Source: Paragordius varius
Lineage: Eukaryota > Animalia > Nematomorpha
Assembly: GCA_964247055.1 (NCBI GenBank)
Contig: OZ176053.1
Location: 11,780,001 to 11,844,000 of the forward strand
Direction: 5' to 3'
Length of the DNA stretch: 64,000 nt
Of the stretch, positions 1-13,300 are shown in pieces. Position 1 is the first letter of the stretch. Every line of letters starts with the position of its first letter. Below the pieces are notes generated by a model. It ran no database searches. It saw only the letters and a program-made list of their open reading frames with translations, and was not told where the DNA came from. The position numbers were made by a program, and so were the translations under genes.

Positions 1-120
1 ACCACCATAATTACTAAAGAAGAAGAGGAACGCATATCATATTCGAAAAGACCGCTATTTATCACTGAACTCAAGGATGTCCATGCCAAGATTCATAGCA
101 CTGTACGGTTGGAGGCTAAG
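1..120 (+). CDS. Exon (5' truncated): linker and start of Ig domain, TTIITKEEEERISYSKRPLFITELKDVHAKIHSTVRLEAK
   Basis: Open frame 1; donor aag|gtaaaa at 121, phase 0. Confidence 0.85.
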
Positions 121-3100
121 GTAAAATATATCGCTTTAAATGATTTATCTAATCATTAGATTATCAAATTTTTTTATTATAAACATACATAATGATCTAC
201 CCATAATTTAGATCTGTTTTAAATGTTTATTATAATATGATTTTGAAAGATTGAACCAACACAAATCGAAGACAATACAATACAGGTAGGCTGGTATAAA
301 GATGGAAAACTCATTATAACAGATGAGACCAGAACTACGGATCGTTTTAGGACATTTGTTGATTCTCAAACTAAATCAACCATATTGGATATCTCTGATG
401 CACAAACAAGTGATTCTGGCGAATATGTATGTGTTATTCGAAACTCAAATGGCCAGGCACTTAGCAAATGTCGAATTGTTTGTGAAGGTACTTGATAATG
501 GTTAAAAATTATAATCTTCCGCTTTGGATCATTAATGGCATAATTTGATATTTAAAACTTTAAGGCCAAGGAGCTATTAAAAATATTGAAATTTCGGCTT
601 TTTAATTTTTATTAGCCCTAATCATCCATACAGTAAATTCAAACAAATCAATATCATTGTCGGGTCTTTGTATAATTTAAAATAAATTATTATAACTTAA
701 TTATATGTTTTGTCTTTAGACTTTGGCCAACCACCACACTTTGTGAATCGTTACATGAGGTTAGATAATTTGAATGAAGGCGATACCGCGCATGTAGAGT
801 TTAAGTTGGAGCCAGCCAGTGATCAATCTATGAACATTGAGTGGTTTTTTAACGGACAACCACTAAGAAATGGTAAATGTCTTCAATCGAATCGAAATAT
901 ATATATTTTAATTTACTCCTTATATATTTTTATAATAATAATATCTTACGCATTTCTAAAATTCCTATATTATTACACTAAATTTGGAACCCAGTAAAGG
1001 GTTGCAATCACACTTTGAAGTGTTTATAGAAAACCACAAATATAACATTATCTTTATTACATAGGATATCGTACGAAAACTACTCATGAGTTTGGCTATA
1101 CGATACTAGATATTTCATCGATACAATCCGAAGATTCTGGAGTCTATGAGTGTAGAGCTACCAATAATTATGGATCAAAAACGGCCGTTGCTGTTATCGA
1201 ATGTCTTAGTAAATATTTATTTTTAATATTTTTATAAACTTAATCATCAAAAAGATACTCAGACACTGCATAATTGCCATCAATGTTTTTGGGGAAAAAT
1301 TTGTAGAACTTTTTAATTTTCGTTCCTAAACATTCTAGAATAGTAATAATATATTTTTAATAATAATTGAAATTTAATTAATAAATATAATCTTATATTG
1401 TCTTAAAAAGGGGTTATTTGAATATTACCAATTTTTTCCCACGATTGCATATGGACGTTTCATGTAATATTGCTTAATTATAAATTGTATGCTAACTTAT
1501 TCTATTTAGAACCAAGAAGCTCTCACACCTCACCAACCAAAACCAATAATTTTGAGACTTACGTAAGGAAAGAAACTACCGAGGATACTGTTAGCAGTCT
1601 TCTTAAAGGTGTGCCAATATCAATGTTTTAATGATTCCTTAATGACTTATTGTATTTTAACCTAAACAATAGATTATTTACATGAATATAATATATATAA
1701 AAGCATGAATCTAGTGTGTGTGTTTTTGATGTGTTTTCATCCGTTCATATCGATGTCCTTATTTTGTTAGCGAAAAATAGCATTATAATTGCTTTATTTA
1801 TTAATGGATACATTTTGCAATTAAATTGGTTTCGATAGAAAACGCACTTTATTCATGCTTCATATATTTGTATTCTGTAAATAAATTTATTAAACGATCA
1901 CATCAATTTTTCGAATTTTTAAAGTTTTTTCACCTTTGTTTTTCAACTTCATATAACCATTTTAAATTCCTTAAAAAGATATAAAATTCCGAAAATTGGT
2001 ATGATATTATAATTACCAGGCAACAAGTACTCTGTCATTAAATTAATGAGTTGCTTGACTTTATTACTAAGAGGGTATTAAGTTCTAATCATTATAACAC
2101 TAGGAGACAAATATAAGCATTCCATTATTTTCTAGTTATTTCATAAAGAAAAGTCATGAAAAAATAATTGAATGATAAACGAAATTAATTAGTCTATCAA
2201 AGGCATAAAATTTTAGTAAAACTAAAACCCTGAAAAATCCATATCTATATCCGATTAATATATCAGGACTGGGACTTTTGGTATGGCTGAAGGGGCTGTT
2301 AGTAGAGATATATACACTTTTTTGTTTTTAGCCAAAATTAAAAATCACATCATTGTGCACATTAAAGATCAAAAAATTTTGTTGGGAGATAAATGCTCAA
2401 AAAATGTCATATTCTTGAAAATCGTATATATTAACTTATACAAGGTTTATTTATAAGTTTTTAACGGTTTTAGGTAAAAATATGTTTTTTAATTATTTAT
2501 TTGATGGCTTTTCCACATTATGCACATCTCAGAAATTATATCGTGCTAAAAAACTGATATCATTTTCGGAAAACAATTAATTAAGCTGTTTTCTAACGCC
2601 GTTGATAGTCGAGCGCTGCTCTGCGATGGTAAGCCAATTTGAAGTTGTATTAATCCGATGGAGCCAGGTCAGGCGAGGGGAAGCGAAAAAAATTTCCATT
2701 GAAGCGATTTTAAAGAGTCGTTAACTGGTTTGCTCTATCAGACATAGAAATGTAAATACTTTGTCTTCTGGGGAATTCTGGTCGTTTTTCGATTTTTTCA
2801 TGCTTTAAATTGATTATTAGTTGGCGATAGGGTTGTAATACTAAGTTTTAAAACAGAATACAGAATAATAGCTATGGTCTCATCTGACATGGGGCCCGCT
2901 CCCTTTCCAAGGAGGCGATTTCGCATTGGTATTGATGGATCGAATTCGCTAGGTCAAAACTTCGATTTTTTTTGGTTATAAAAAAGAGCTATTTCTCGTC
3001 CCCTGTTAAAAATCGATGCAAAATTATATATTTTAGTTCAGATGCAGGAATAATAAGTCACTTTGCGTTTGATTTGACATTCACTCGTATTGTATGGGAA

Positions 3101-3820
3101 CCTTTTTTGGTGAGATATCTATTGATTGTTATAATACCTTTATGCCCCATTCGTTGTTTATTTTTTGTGGGTTATTCTTTAATTACTCTTGCACGTTAGT
3201 TTCGTAGCTGTTGTGTGATTACCAGAGTACCCACTTTCACATAAAATCACACCATGTGTAATCGATAAGCATGTTCACCATATGCTTCTGCCAGCAAACG
3301 ATCTTATTCAGCTGCATTTTTATAATGGAAATGCGTAATATTATTTTGCATTCACAAAACTCAAAATATTGAATGATAAAATTAGACGCTAGTTTTTAGC
3401 TAACTCAACTTGATTGTGTTTGTCGTTGAACGGAATGGGGTCTGTAATAATTAATTACTTTTCATTTATGTCTTTTCTTAGTTTAACTGGTAATTTCTTA
3501 TGTCTGCACCTGGTATTTACTGATCTTTCAAAATTTATATCAAAGAATCGGTTGTGATTTTCCTACTTTAAAATTTATGCAAAAAAAGATTAGGCAATGA
3601 AAAGTCTTAAATATGAGATTTCCGAATAATAATTACAACGCCACTTGTTCTAATCCGTCATATTTATTCTGAAATTTATCCGTTTTAAGGATAATAGTGC
3701 ATACCACTCCTCAATACATATCGAAGTTATCAAATATTTGTTTAAATTTTAAAAACAATTTATTTTAGACACCCCAATATGTTTTCCACAATAAATAATA
3801 GCTTAAAAATCATATTGTTG

Positions 3821-3858
<38 letters not shown>

Positions 3859-4354
3859 TAGCGCAACTGCGGTTTTACCCTGTGTTAAGGTCTATAAACA
3901 TATTTTGTTTAAAATCGGAGACTTACAAATTTCGAATACACAAAAAATGGCATTAAGTTACTACTAGAGTTTAAACTAAAAACACTTCATCTGTTAATAT
4001 ATATCTTCTAACATAAAAAGTTTTAAATGTCATCAGTTAACAAAGTTGATAAAAAGAATCCGTTAAAATTAATTTATAGATATGATCATAAAATTTATCT
4101 GATTGTTTTGCGAAACAATAATAGTATTGTGAGTCTGTTATTAAAATTTATAATTTCGATTGACATAATGTTAATATTCAATTTTTTAAATGTGTGTATT
4201 TTATATAATTTATTTCCAAATAAATTAATTATCACATATTAGATGGCGTAATAGAAATATTACCGCTCCAAATAACAAAAAGCACTTTTAAAATTATCAA
4301 ACATACTGTAAACAATTTTAATATCCATTTATTTGATGCGTTGACTAAAGTGAT

Positions 4355-4386
<32 letters not shown>

Positions 4387-7300
4387 AAATATCAAGTATT
4401 GGAAACAATTGAAGAACCACCGGCCTTCAAAGTTCCTTTAAAAAATCTTGAAGTTTTTGAAGGAGAAACAACCCATTTTAAAGCGACTTTTGATTCTACA
4501 TCACACACTAATCTCAAAGTCGAATGGTTTTTTAACGATGAACCGCTATTGGGTATTTTTCATTATATTATAAATTCTATAGTTTTTAACCTTATTTTAC
4601 AGTTTAAAAAATTTTTTGTACACGATTAGCGTCCACAAGGTTTCGCCCAAATTTGGATGGGAATGTGGCCAGTCTGGACATAACACCGACATATAAAGAG
4701 GATTCTGGAACATACAAAATAGTAGCAAGTAACTCAGATAACCGACAAACTGCAATCAGTACAGCAACTCTCAAATGTTACCCTAAACCTATCATCCCAG
4801 CACCCAAATTTATTAGTCCTTTAACTTTGGCTGCCCCTTCAAGTGGATATTCTTCAGAAACGACTACTAACATAACCACAACCACAACAACAACAACAAA
4901 TAAAATGAGATCGGGTTCATCATCTGTGATAGAGGCCAAAATAAGCCCTGGATTGCCTGAAGATCTTGAGATTGAATGGTTTCACAACGGACGCTCCTTA
5001 ACGAAAGAATCGGCTTATAGCAGTATAGCTAGGTCCAAATACCGATTTGTTCGTGACCTTAAAAGTGGATACATTGGTTTACACAATTTGCAAGTCATAG
5101 TAAATGATGCCGGGCGCTATACCGTGACAATTAGGAATCAAAGTGGCTCAGATCAAGTAAGCGCTGATTTTGAAGTAGATCAACCGGCGGTATGTCATTC
5201 ACCGGTTCAAAGCAACTTTGTCACTCGATTTCAGACTGAAATAATTCCGGCCAAAAAGTTACCTATTTTTTGAATATTTGTTTATAATTAATTTTTATAC
5301 GAGAGATAGCTAATTCATCTATTTTACCCTATTATATATTCAACTTTCTAGATAAAATTAAGCTAAAAATTTTTTTAGAACTTCCTGACCTATACTAAAA
5401 TTCTAGATTATTTTTTGTATAGAATTGAGACTACGATTGAAACCAAAAATGATTTGGAAGTTATAAAAACTATTGAATCTGAAACATTGACAAGTTCTCC
5501 GCGTATATTACATCCTTTACGAGATTTCATCACTACCCAGCGACAATCTGCATATTTTCAATGTACGATCAGTGCACATCCAGGTTTTTAAAATACTTTT
5601 TACTTTCTTTGTTTACCTATATTGAAAGAATTAATTTCTATATTAAATGTAAATTTTAGAACCAACCATCGAATGGTATAAGGATGATAAATTACTTGCA
5701 ACAACAAGTGAATCCGCCCTTAAACCCCCTTACATAAGCACGACTGTAATGAAATCGACAGAATCCCCAGGAACCTACACGTATACACTTAAATTGGCCG
5801 AATGCTTTTTGGAGGACGAAGGTATGTATACTGCACAATTGACCAACTCAGCTGGTACCATAAGGTCAAGCGCAAAATTAACGGTTCAACAAATTAGACC
5901 TGATATAGAGGGCCCGTCATTTGTACGATCGATTGATAGCACAAGAGTGACCGAGGGCCAAACTATGTCATTCGTATCCAAATTAATCGGTAAACCACGC
6001 CCAACTGTACATTGGTTTAAAGATAATGTGGAACTGGTATCATCAAATAAATATCAGGTACAACGGTTTTCAGGTATCTAAAATTCGGAAATTAAATTTA
6101 ACTATCAATATCTATTTTACGTGATTAAATATTTAATGCAGCCGTTGATTGATCTGGAAATTATAATCGATTCCAAAGAGGTATTTAAATAAAATACATG
6201 TGCTTTACTTGTTTACAAATAATCAGTGCGGCTCAAAATTTACAATACAGTATGTACATTTTTGTTGGCCAATTCAGATTAATTTTGGCTTGGCAAAACA
6301 GTACTGTGTGTTTTAAAAAGGAGAATGTCAAAATTTACATTCTATATTATTTAATTATGGATAATTTCTTTTATATACGCTACTGTATTGCCAATAGGCT
6401 AACAAAAATTTGAATTGACTAGCATAAATGTGCATATAGTAATTAGTATTGCTTTCGGTCTGGTCTTAGAATCAATTTTATTAAAAAGTTATTAAAGGCC
6501 TTTTGTATTTTGGATGATAGCTGATTTTTAATTTGACCTTGATGCGGATGTTTTGATCGATAACTCAGTGCATTTTTTGTTACCAATTATTCGTACATGT
6601 AATGGCTTACTGTATTAATCTTAATATATAAATTAATATATAATTAATAAACATATTGTGCCAAGAATTGGGTAAAAATATAGCTTTGAAATTTTGATAA
6701 ACCGACAATTTTGGGTGAGGATATATTTTAAGCCATTCACTATTATGATTTTTAGCTATCTACTGTTATGTATAATATTTACAAAAATGTTATAGGAAAA
6801 TACCATAAGCTCAGATATTTAAAAGAACACTTTATATGGGATCGAATGACAAAATTATATAATTTTAAAAAGTGTATATGTATTTTGATGGAAATGTCAA
6901 TATTATTAGTTTTTGGATTTAATTACTTTTTTAAATAAAATATAGCTTCTTGGGTAATGTATGGATTTAAGAAAATTAATAGTTATCAGTTACTTCTAAA
7001 ATTAACTTTTTTGGTTCTAAAATATTACAGTTATATTTTTATCGAAAGATTTTATATTTAATTAATCTCAGCACAAGCCTAATAATTATGTTTATTTCAA
7101 AGGAAAGGTGTTTGTCGGGTGTAAAATACATATATTAAGAAAATATTGTATATAAATTTATTAACAAACAAACCTTCTGACAAATTTACCCATTTAGGGT
7201 TAAAAGTTAATTTTTAAAAGGTAATTTTAACACGAGCCCAACTTTTTAGATAAAGGTAATTTAATTAAAATTGTTTGAAATTTATTATTTTGTGTCATTT

Positions 7301-10300
7301 ATTGTTTTCGGAACTTTTTTCTCTGGTAAAAATTAGTTTTTTGCTTTTATTAGTCCCAATGCAATCATCTTGGCTATTTTGAATGTTAGCGGTTTTTCTT
7401 AACAACAATGTCTTTTCTAAACTTTTTTTGCGATAAAATTTGACTTTTCTTTTTTCTTAGATAAGTTTTTCGGGTTCAACCTGCAAGCTAACCATCACGA
7501 ATTGCACGCAAGAGGACAATGGAACGTATGTGTGTAAGGCAGAAAATGTGGCTGGGAAGGCGGAATGCACGGCGGCCCTTGTTGTGGAACGTAAGAAAGA
7601 ACCTGAATCATATATTGCACGCACGGATGTTGATACGCTTGTAACAACAAGCATAACAACTTTTAACAATGATTTTACTAACGCAAATACTAATGAAAAA
7701 CAAAACAACCGTGATCAAATTGATAAGGCTACTGAGGATGATGATGCATCCAAGCATATAAGCATCGAAACTAGCTATTTTACTAATAAAATTCTGAACA
7801 ACGAATAATGATAGAATTGGAATGTTTTATATATATTATCATGGCAGATGCAGCTTTATCTTTTTCAAAAAACCTTTTACCGCATGATTGACATATTTTA
7901 TATAGTTATCAGTAATACTATTGGTTATAAATGTATTTTTGTGGATAAAGAAAATAAATGTTGCGATCAACTGATTTTTGCAAAAACATCCCATTTGCAA
8001 TTACGCTGAAATTAAAAGGGCTTTATAACCAAAACTATTGCTGTTGACTGTATTAGTTAGCATGCTGTTCTTATATTTTAAATATAGTATTTTTGCATCA
8101 TAATCTCATATATTTAATTTTTGCTTGAGAGCATATTAAATTTATCAGTTATGCATCCATTATTTTTTTGTTAAAAGATTACTGACCAACATCTATGAAA
8201 TATTATTTATTTTGGCATTCCATCGATATATCTATAAGTAGTTTGTCATGTTAATTTATATTACATAACAGCACGCATTAATTACATCTCTAGTCTTACA
8301 TTCCAATATGTTGTTACATTAGTTCATATTGCTAAATTATAAATTTGAAATCTTTTTAGAAATACAATAAATTTAAATTATACACCAAAAGTTTATTATT
8401 AAACGTAGTATATTGTTACTCAAATACCAAATAAAATTTTTAGGACCAATTCAAAAAACCACGAGTAGCCAAACGTCAGATGAAACAACGGTTGAAATTA
8501 CAGAAGCGAGCACAACAAAACAATTTAGTTCTCAAGAGACACCTCATATAATTACACCGTTAGTACCTTTACGCGTATCTGAGCGCAAAACGATTGAATT
8601 AAGTTGTCAATTTTCTCCGTTCCCTTACCAAGAATTAGTTTGGAGCAAAGATGAAAAGGATTTATCTTCTAGCACAAAGCATGAGATAATAACTGAAAAC
8701 CAAACGTATCAATCAACTCTGCGAATATATAATGTTAGTCGAGAAGATGAAGGTGTTTACACCTGTAAAGCAGTTAGCCCTGATTTTGATCTCATAACTG
8801 CAGCTAGTGTACAAGTTATCCCTGGTATTGTTTAATAAAAATTCTTAAAAAACAATATAAAATTGATCTTTGACGCCTGAATCGAGTGTTGCCTTCGACA
8901 ATTATTTGTTTATTTTGCCATTATTTTATCGTCATCAGGGTTGTAGATTAAACCACTTTTTCAAAACCGGTCGTCATAAGTCATGACCATTATTCCCCCT
9001 TCTCAAAGATATGTTTGACTGTCAAAAACAAATGTAAACACTTATAATAGTAAAAACTTAAAAAAATTGATTTATCTAATAAGAAATAGGGATTAATTTT
9101 GTGAGTTACGCCCTGTGCTACTGCCATTTTAACATTTTTGGGGTTATTATATGATTGAAAAATATAAGAAAACTTTGGTTTTATAAAACATTAAAATCAA
9201 TAGCTGAACCAAGATGTTTATTCATCCTAAGTCTCACTGTTTGTCTATCATATCATGAAGGAAATTGTATTTAATAGACAATAGTTTAATTCTTGCATTA
9301 CCGAATGGATTCATTAAAGGTTAATATATTTTCGCATCCAAACGGCAGCGGGTGGAAGCAGCAATTATTAAGTTGCTGCACAAAATGGGATAAATTTTTA
9401 AAGTCAGTTTTTCTAAACGGCCCTAAACTTGTATATTTATATACCTAGGCCCATTGTACTATAAAAACTAAATTGTAGGTAATATTCAATGGTTTAGATT
9501 GAACTATGTTAAACTGCAAAAGAGGATTTCTCGCTTATCAAACATTTATTGAACCATTTAATAAATAAGGTAAATGCCTGAATTAGTCTTAGCTTGCTCC
9601 ACTATAAATATCCTTGATAGTTGTTTTTTTAAATAACTATTGACCAGGTCTGTGGATCGTTTACAATTTATCAGAAATTCAGCGTTTGATTTGAGTCGCT
9701 TAACAATATTACGTGAAGACGCTTTAGCTGCCAGATTTTTTTTGACTCTCTTTTAGTTCAAATTAATTATCATGGTTTTTAGAACGGTTATGATTTTTTA
9801 GCTGTGCCGCTGTTTTTAATAACGGGTGCCAAATTTTTTTTATAAACCATAGCATTATGAATTTTTTATCTATTGTTGAGAGAGATTGTAAAACGAACCA
9901 CCATCGAACATTTTCAGAATATGGCATAATCTCTATCCAATTATAACTATCTCTGGTACTTTGTAAACATATTTATTGAATCTAAGTTATTAGTCTCCTT
10001 TGTAATTAAAATTATGAATAAAGAAGCAAATATTAAGTAACCAATCGGGATATATAAATATTGATTCAAACTGGTTAACGATATGAATTAAGTCATAAAA
10101 CCAAAAATCTTTGACTGATTTTTATTATAGGGCACATATTAATAATTCGTTGCATTTTTGTTATGTTTACTATTAAAGAGAAATTAATCAATATACTGAT
10201 AAAAGTGTTAGCTTTGAGACAATTTTGGAAACACTTGTAAGCCCATTTAAATTTAAAAAGGAAATTTTTTGATTTATAAATTAGCCGAGAGGGAGTTAGC

Positions 10301-13300
10301 CGTTTATTTTAGCCCTCAGGTTTGCCTACCCTGAAAAAACAAGCACTAAAAATTCAGAGTTGAAGCACGTTTCCAAAAGAACATGTAGGCCAATTTAGTT
10401 TCAATAATGTTTTTTCATTGTTTTTACAGACGCACCGGTGACTTGAAGGTTTTCTTTCAATTTAACCCTCGGTTTTCCTCACTGTTATAATTGTTTTTTG
10501 GAAATTTGATAAATTGAAAGCAATGTTATAGAAAACATGGAAGTTAAGGAATTTTACTAATACAATTGAATTGTTCCATCAATGCTCCGACGTTGACTGA
10601 GCAATTTACGGAAAACATGTGGGCTTGTTCCAATACAAAGTGAAATTTCTGAATTCATTTTCAAATGGGCCAATCATTTTTCGAATAAGCCCCCCATCCC
10701 CCCATCACTATCCCTTTGTAAATGGGCTTTTAAACAATATTAGTTTTAAAGCTATTTTCCAAAAAATGTGTAGGCCCATTCAATTTCAAAAAAAACTATA
10801 TATTCATTTATAACGTGACAGAGCTATTTTTTATATTATTTTCTTAGTTACTCTCCATCCTTCTAAAAATGGGGTTTCGGAAAACCAAAATTGGTAATAA
10901 AAAAAGATTTCAGGAAAACGTATAGGCCAATTCTTATTCAACTTTATTTTTTCATATTGTAATAAAGGTGGCTCACAGTCATTCTTTTAAATTTACCTTT
11001 TACAGCTCCTCCTGTGTGAAAATGAAACTTTGAAAAAAAAACAATAGCTCTACAGCAATTTGCCGGAAATGAATAGACCATTTGAATTCAAAATTGGAAT
11101 TGATTAATCTATAAATGCAGATGGTGACTGAATCATTTTAAATTTTCCTTTCGGTTTTGCCCCATCATCCTCGTGTATGGTTTTTTATAAATAATGGTTT
11201 GGAGGCGATTTTGTAGAAAACAAGGCCGATTTTCAAATTTAATTGATTTCGAATTTCCTCACTTCAGCGCCGTAGGTATTAAAAAGGTTTATTAAAAATA
11301 TAGTTCGGTTTGAAATAATTTCAGATAAACTGAAAGAAAATTTTTTAATTTTATTATAAACGCCCCACGAGTGACTAAGCATTTTTAATTTTACAGCTAC
11401 TTTTATTTAATGATTAAAAATTAAGATAATTGCAAAATACAGTAACCCGCTCTTATCCGCATAATGAGTTTTTAGGCATCACTTATTAATTATGATATAT
11501 CTTTTCGAATTTTTAGTTAGGTGTTAGTTTGCTAAATCTATTCTAAACCCACTATTTTGTGGATATTTTTGAAGCCCTCAAGCTAAAAACGATAAAAAAA
11601 AAATTTTAAAAAATAAAATATAATTATGATTACTAAAACTTATTCAGATTTAATAAACCAATCGTTACTCAAAAAGGGGTCTTGATGCGTTTTAAAGCCA
11701 TATATAATCAATGGGTATGAGGAGTTATAAAGTATTAAAAGTGTTTAAAATAGAAGATAAATTATATTTTTCATTAGGTTGTAAGTCACACCTCTATAAG
11801 CTAAAAAACCTTTAATTTCTAATCTTTATTAATTTGAATTTTGAAATTATATTTATAATTAATAGCTATAAAAGCAACCATTACACATAAAGAAGAGTCT
11901 AATGAATTTACGAATTATGAAGAAAGAGTTATACCAGAATTAATATCTCCGATAGCCCCTGTATCGGTTAGTTATTTTATTGATACTGTTAAATGAAGAT
12001 TTTCCTACAAAGTTTTTATACTTTTCATTTAGTATTGAAAATGTTTCATAAACATTTTATTCATATAAAATAGGTTCCGCAAGGAGAATCTGCCACACTG
12101 ACTTGCATAATAAAATGTAAACGAGCCCCAGATATACGTTGGTACCATGGACCTAACCCAATTAACATAACAACGACAGAAACGTACACAACTTACGAAT
12201 CGGAATATAGGGAAACATATGAAAAATATGAAATGAACTATGACACCAGAGATGGCAAAGTAACGTTGCATATTCGAAACGTTCAGCCAGAAGATCAAGG
12301 CGTGTACACATGTAGAGGTCTTAACGAAAATGGTGAAGTTTCAACATCCTCCTATCTTCATGTGTTTGGTATGAAAGCATTATCTGTTTTAGTGTATAAT
12401 TTTAAAAAAGCTCTATTTTTACCTGTTAATTATAAAATTATTGTATGTTATTTTCTGATTTAGAAACCAAGACAAAAGAAATAAAAAACATTGAGGAAAC
12501 TAAGAACCTTTTTGTTAAAGAGGAACATTTTATGCCAGAACTTGTGAGCCCTTTGCCACCCATATTGGTACTAAACTATTTTTACCTATAAATTAACCAA
12601 TCTATTAGGGCTTAATTTTTATTTTCCCAAAGAGATTAATAAATTATTCTTATTTTATTAAATATTACATCGTATGTAAGGCTAAAAAGGGGGAAACAGC
12701 TACCCTAACATGCGTAATAAAGAGCAAGCGTCAACCACAGATCCGGTGGTATCATGGGACAAAGCCAATTATTATTGAAGAAAGTAGGACAATTCATACG
12801 ACCCAACATATCGAAACGTACGAAAAATATGAATCAATTTATGAAAAGTCTAATGGTAAAATAATTCTACGCATCCGCAATGTACAACCAGAGGATCAAG
12901 GCTTATATACATGCAAAGCGGTTACTGAAAATGGCGAAGTCTCTACGTCGACCCAACTTCAAATCGAGGGTTTGGTTTTCACGATAGCTATATTCTTTAA
13001 TTGATTGCATTGCTTCCGATTCTGGCCCGACATTTTTTAATAAATATTCTTATATATTAAAGATGATTTTTCTTATATCTATTTTTATTTTATAATCTAA
13101 TATTTAGAATCAGTTAACATCCGTTTAGATATTTAAATTAATCACTATTTTTAATAATTAATAAACACATTTGCAAGTTTAAAAACTATTTATTGCACAA
13201 TGAAAGCTAGAAAAACTTTTTTTAATATTTCAGAAATTAAATATATTTACTAAATTGATTGACGGCAAACTATCTACTAATAAATGAACTGAGTAATAGA

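Noticed and set aside
323-505. 60-aa ORF MRPELRIV...
   Set aside because: Wrong frame; the overlapping Ig exon 250-487 reads in another frame with clear Ig motifs.
2972-4420. Short ORFs of 62-75 aa in the first long intron
   Set aside because: I/F/L/Y/K-rich products of AT-rich and (AT)n sequence, with no splice support or motifs.
9560-10020. Possible hAT transposase fragment on the minus strand
   Set aside because: Only vague resemblance in broken frames; no catalytic or dimerisation motif could be identified by eye.
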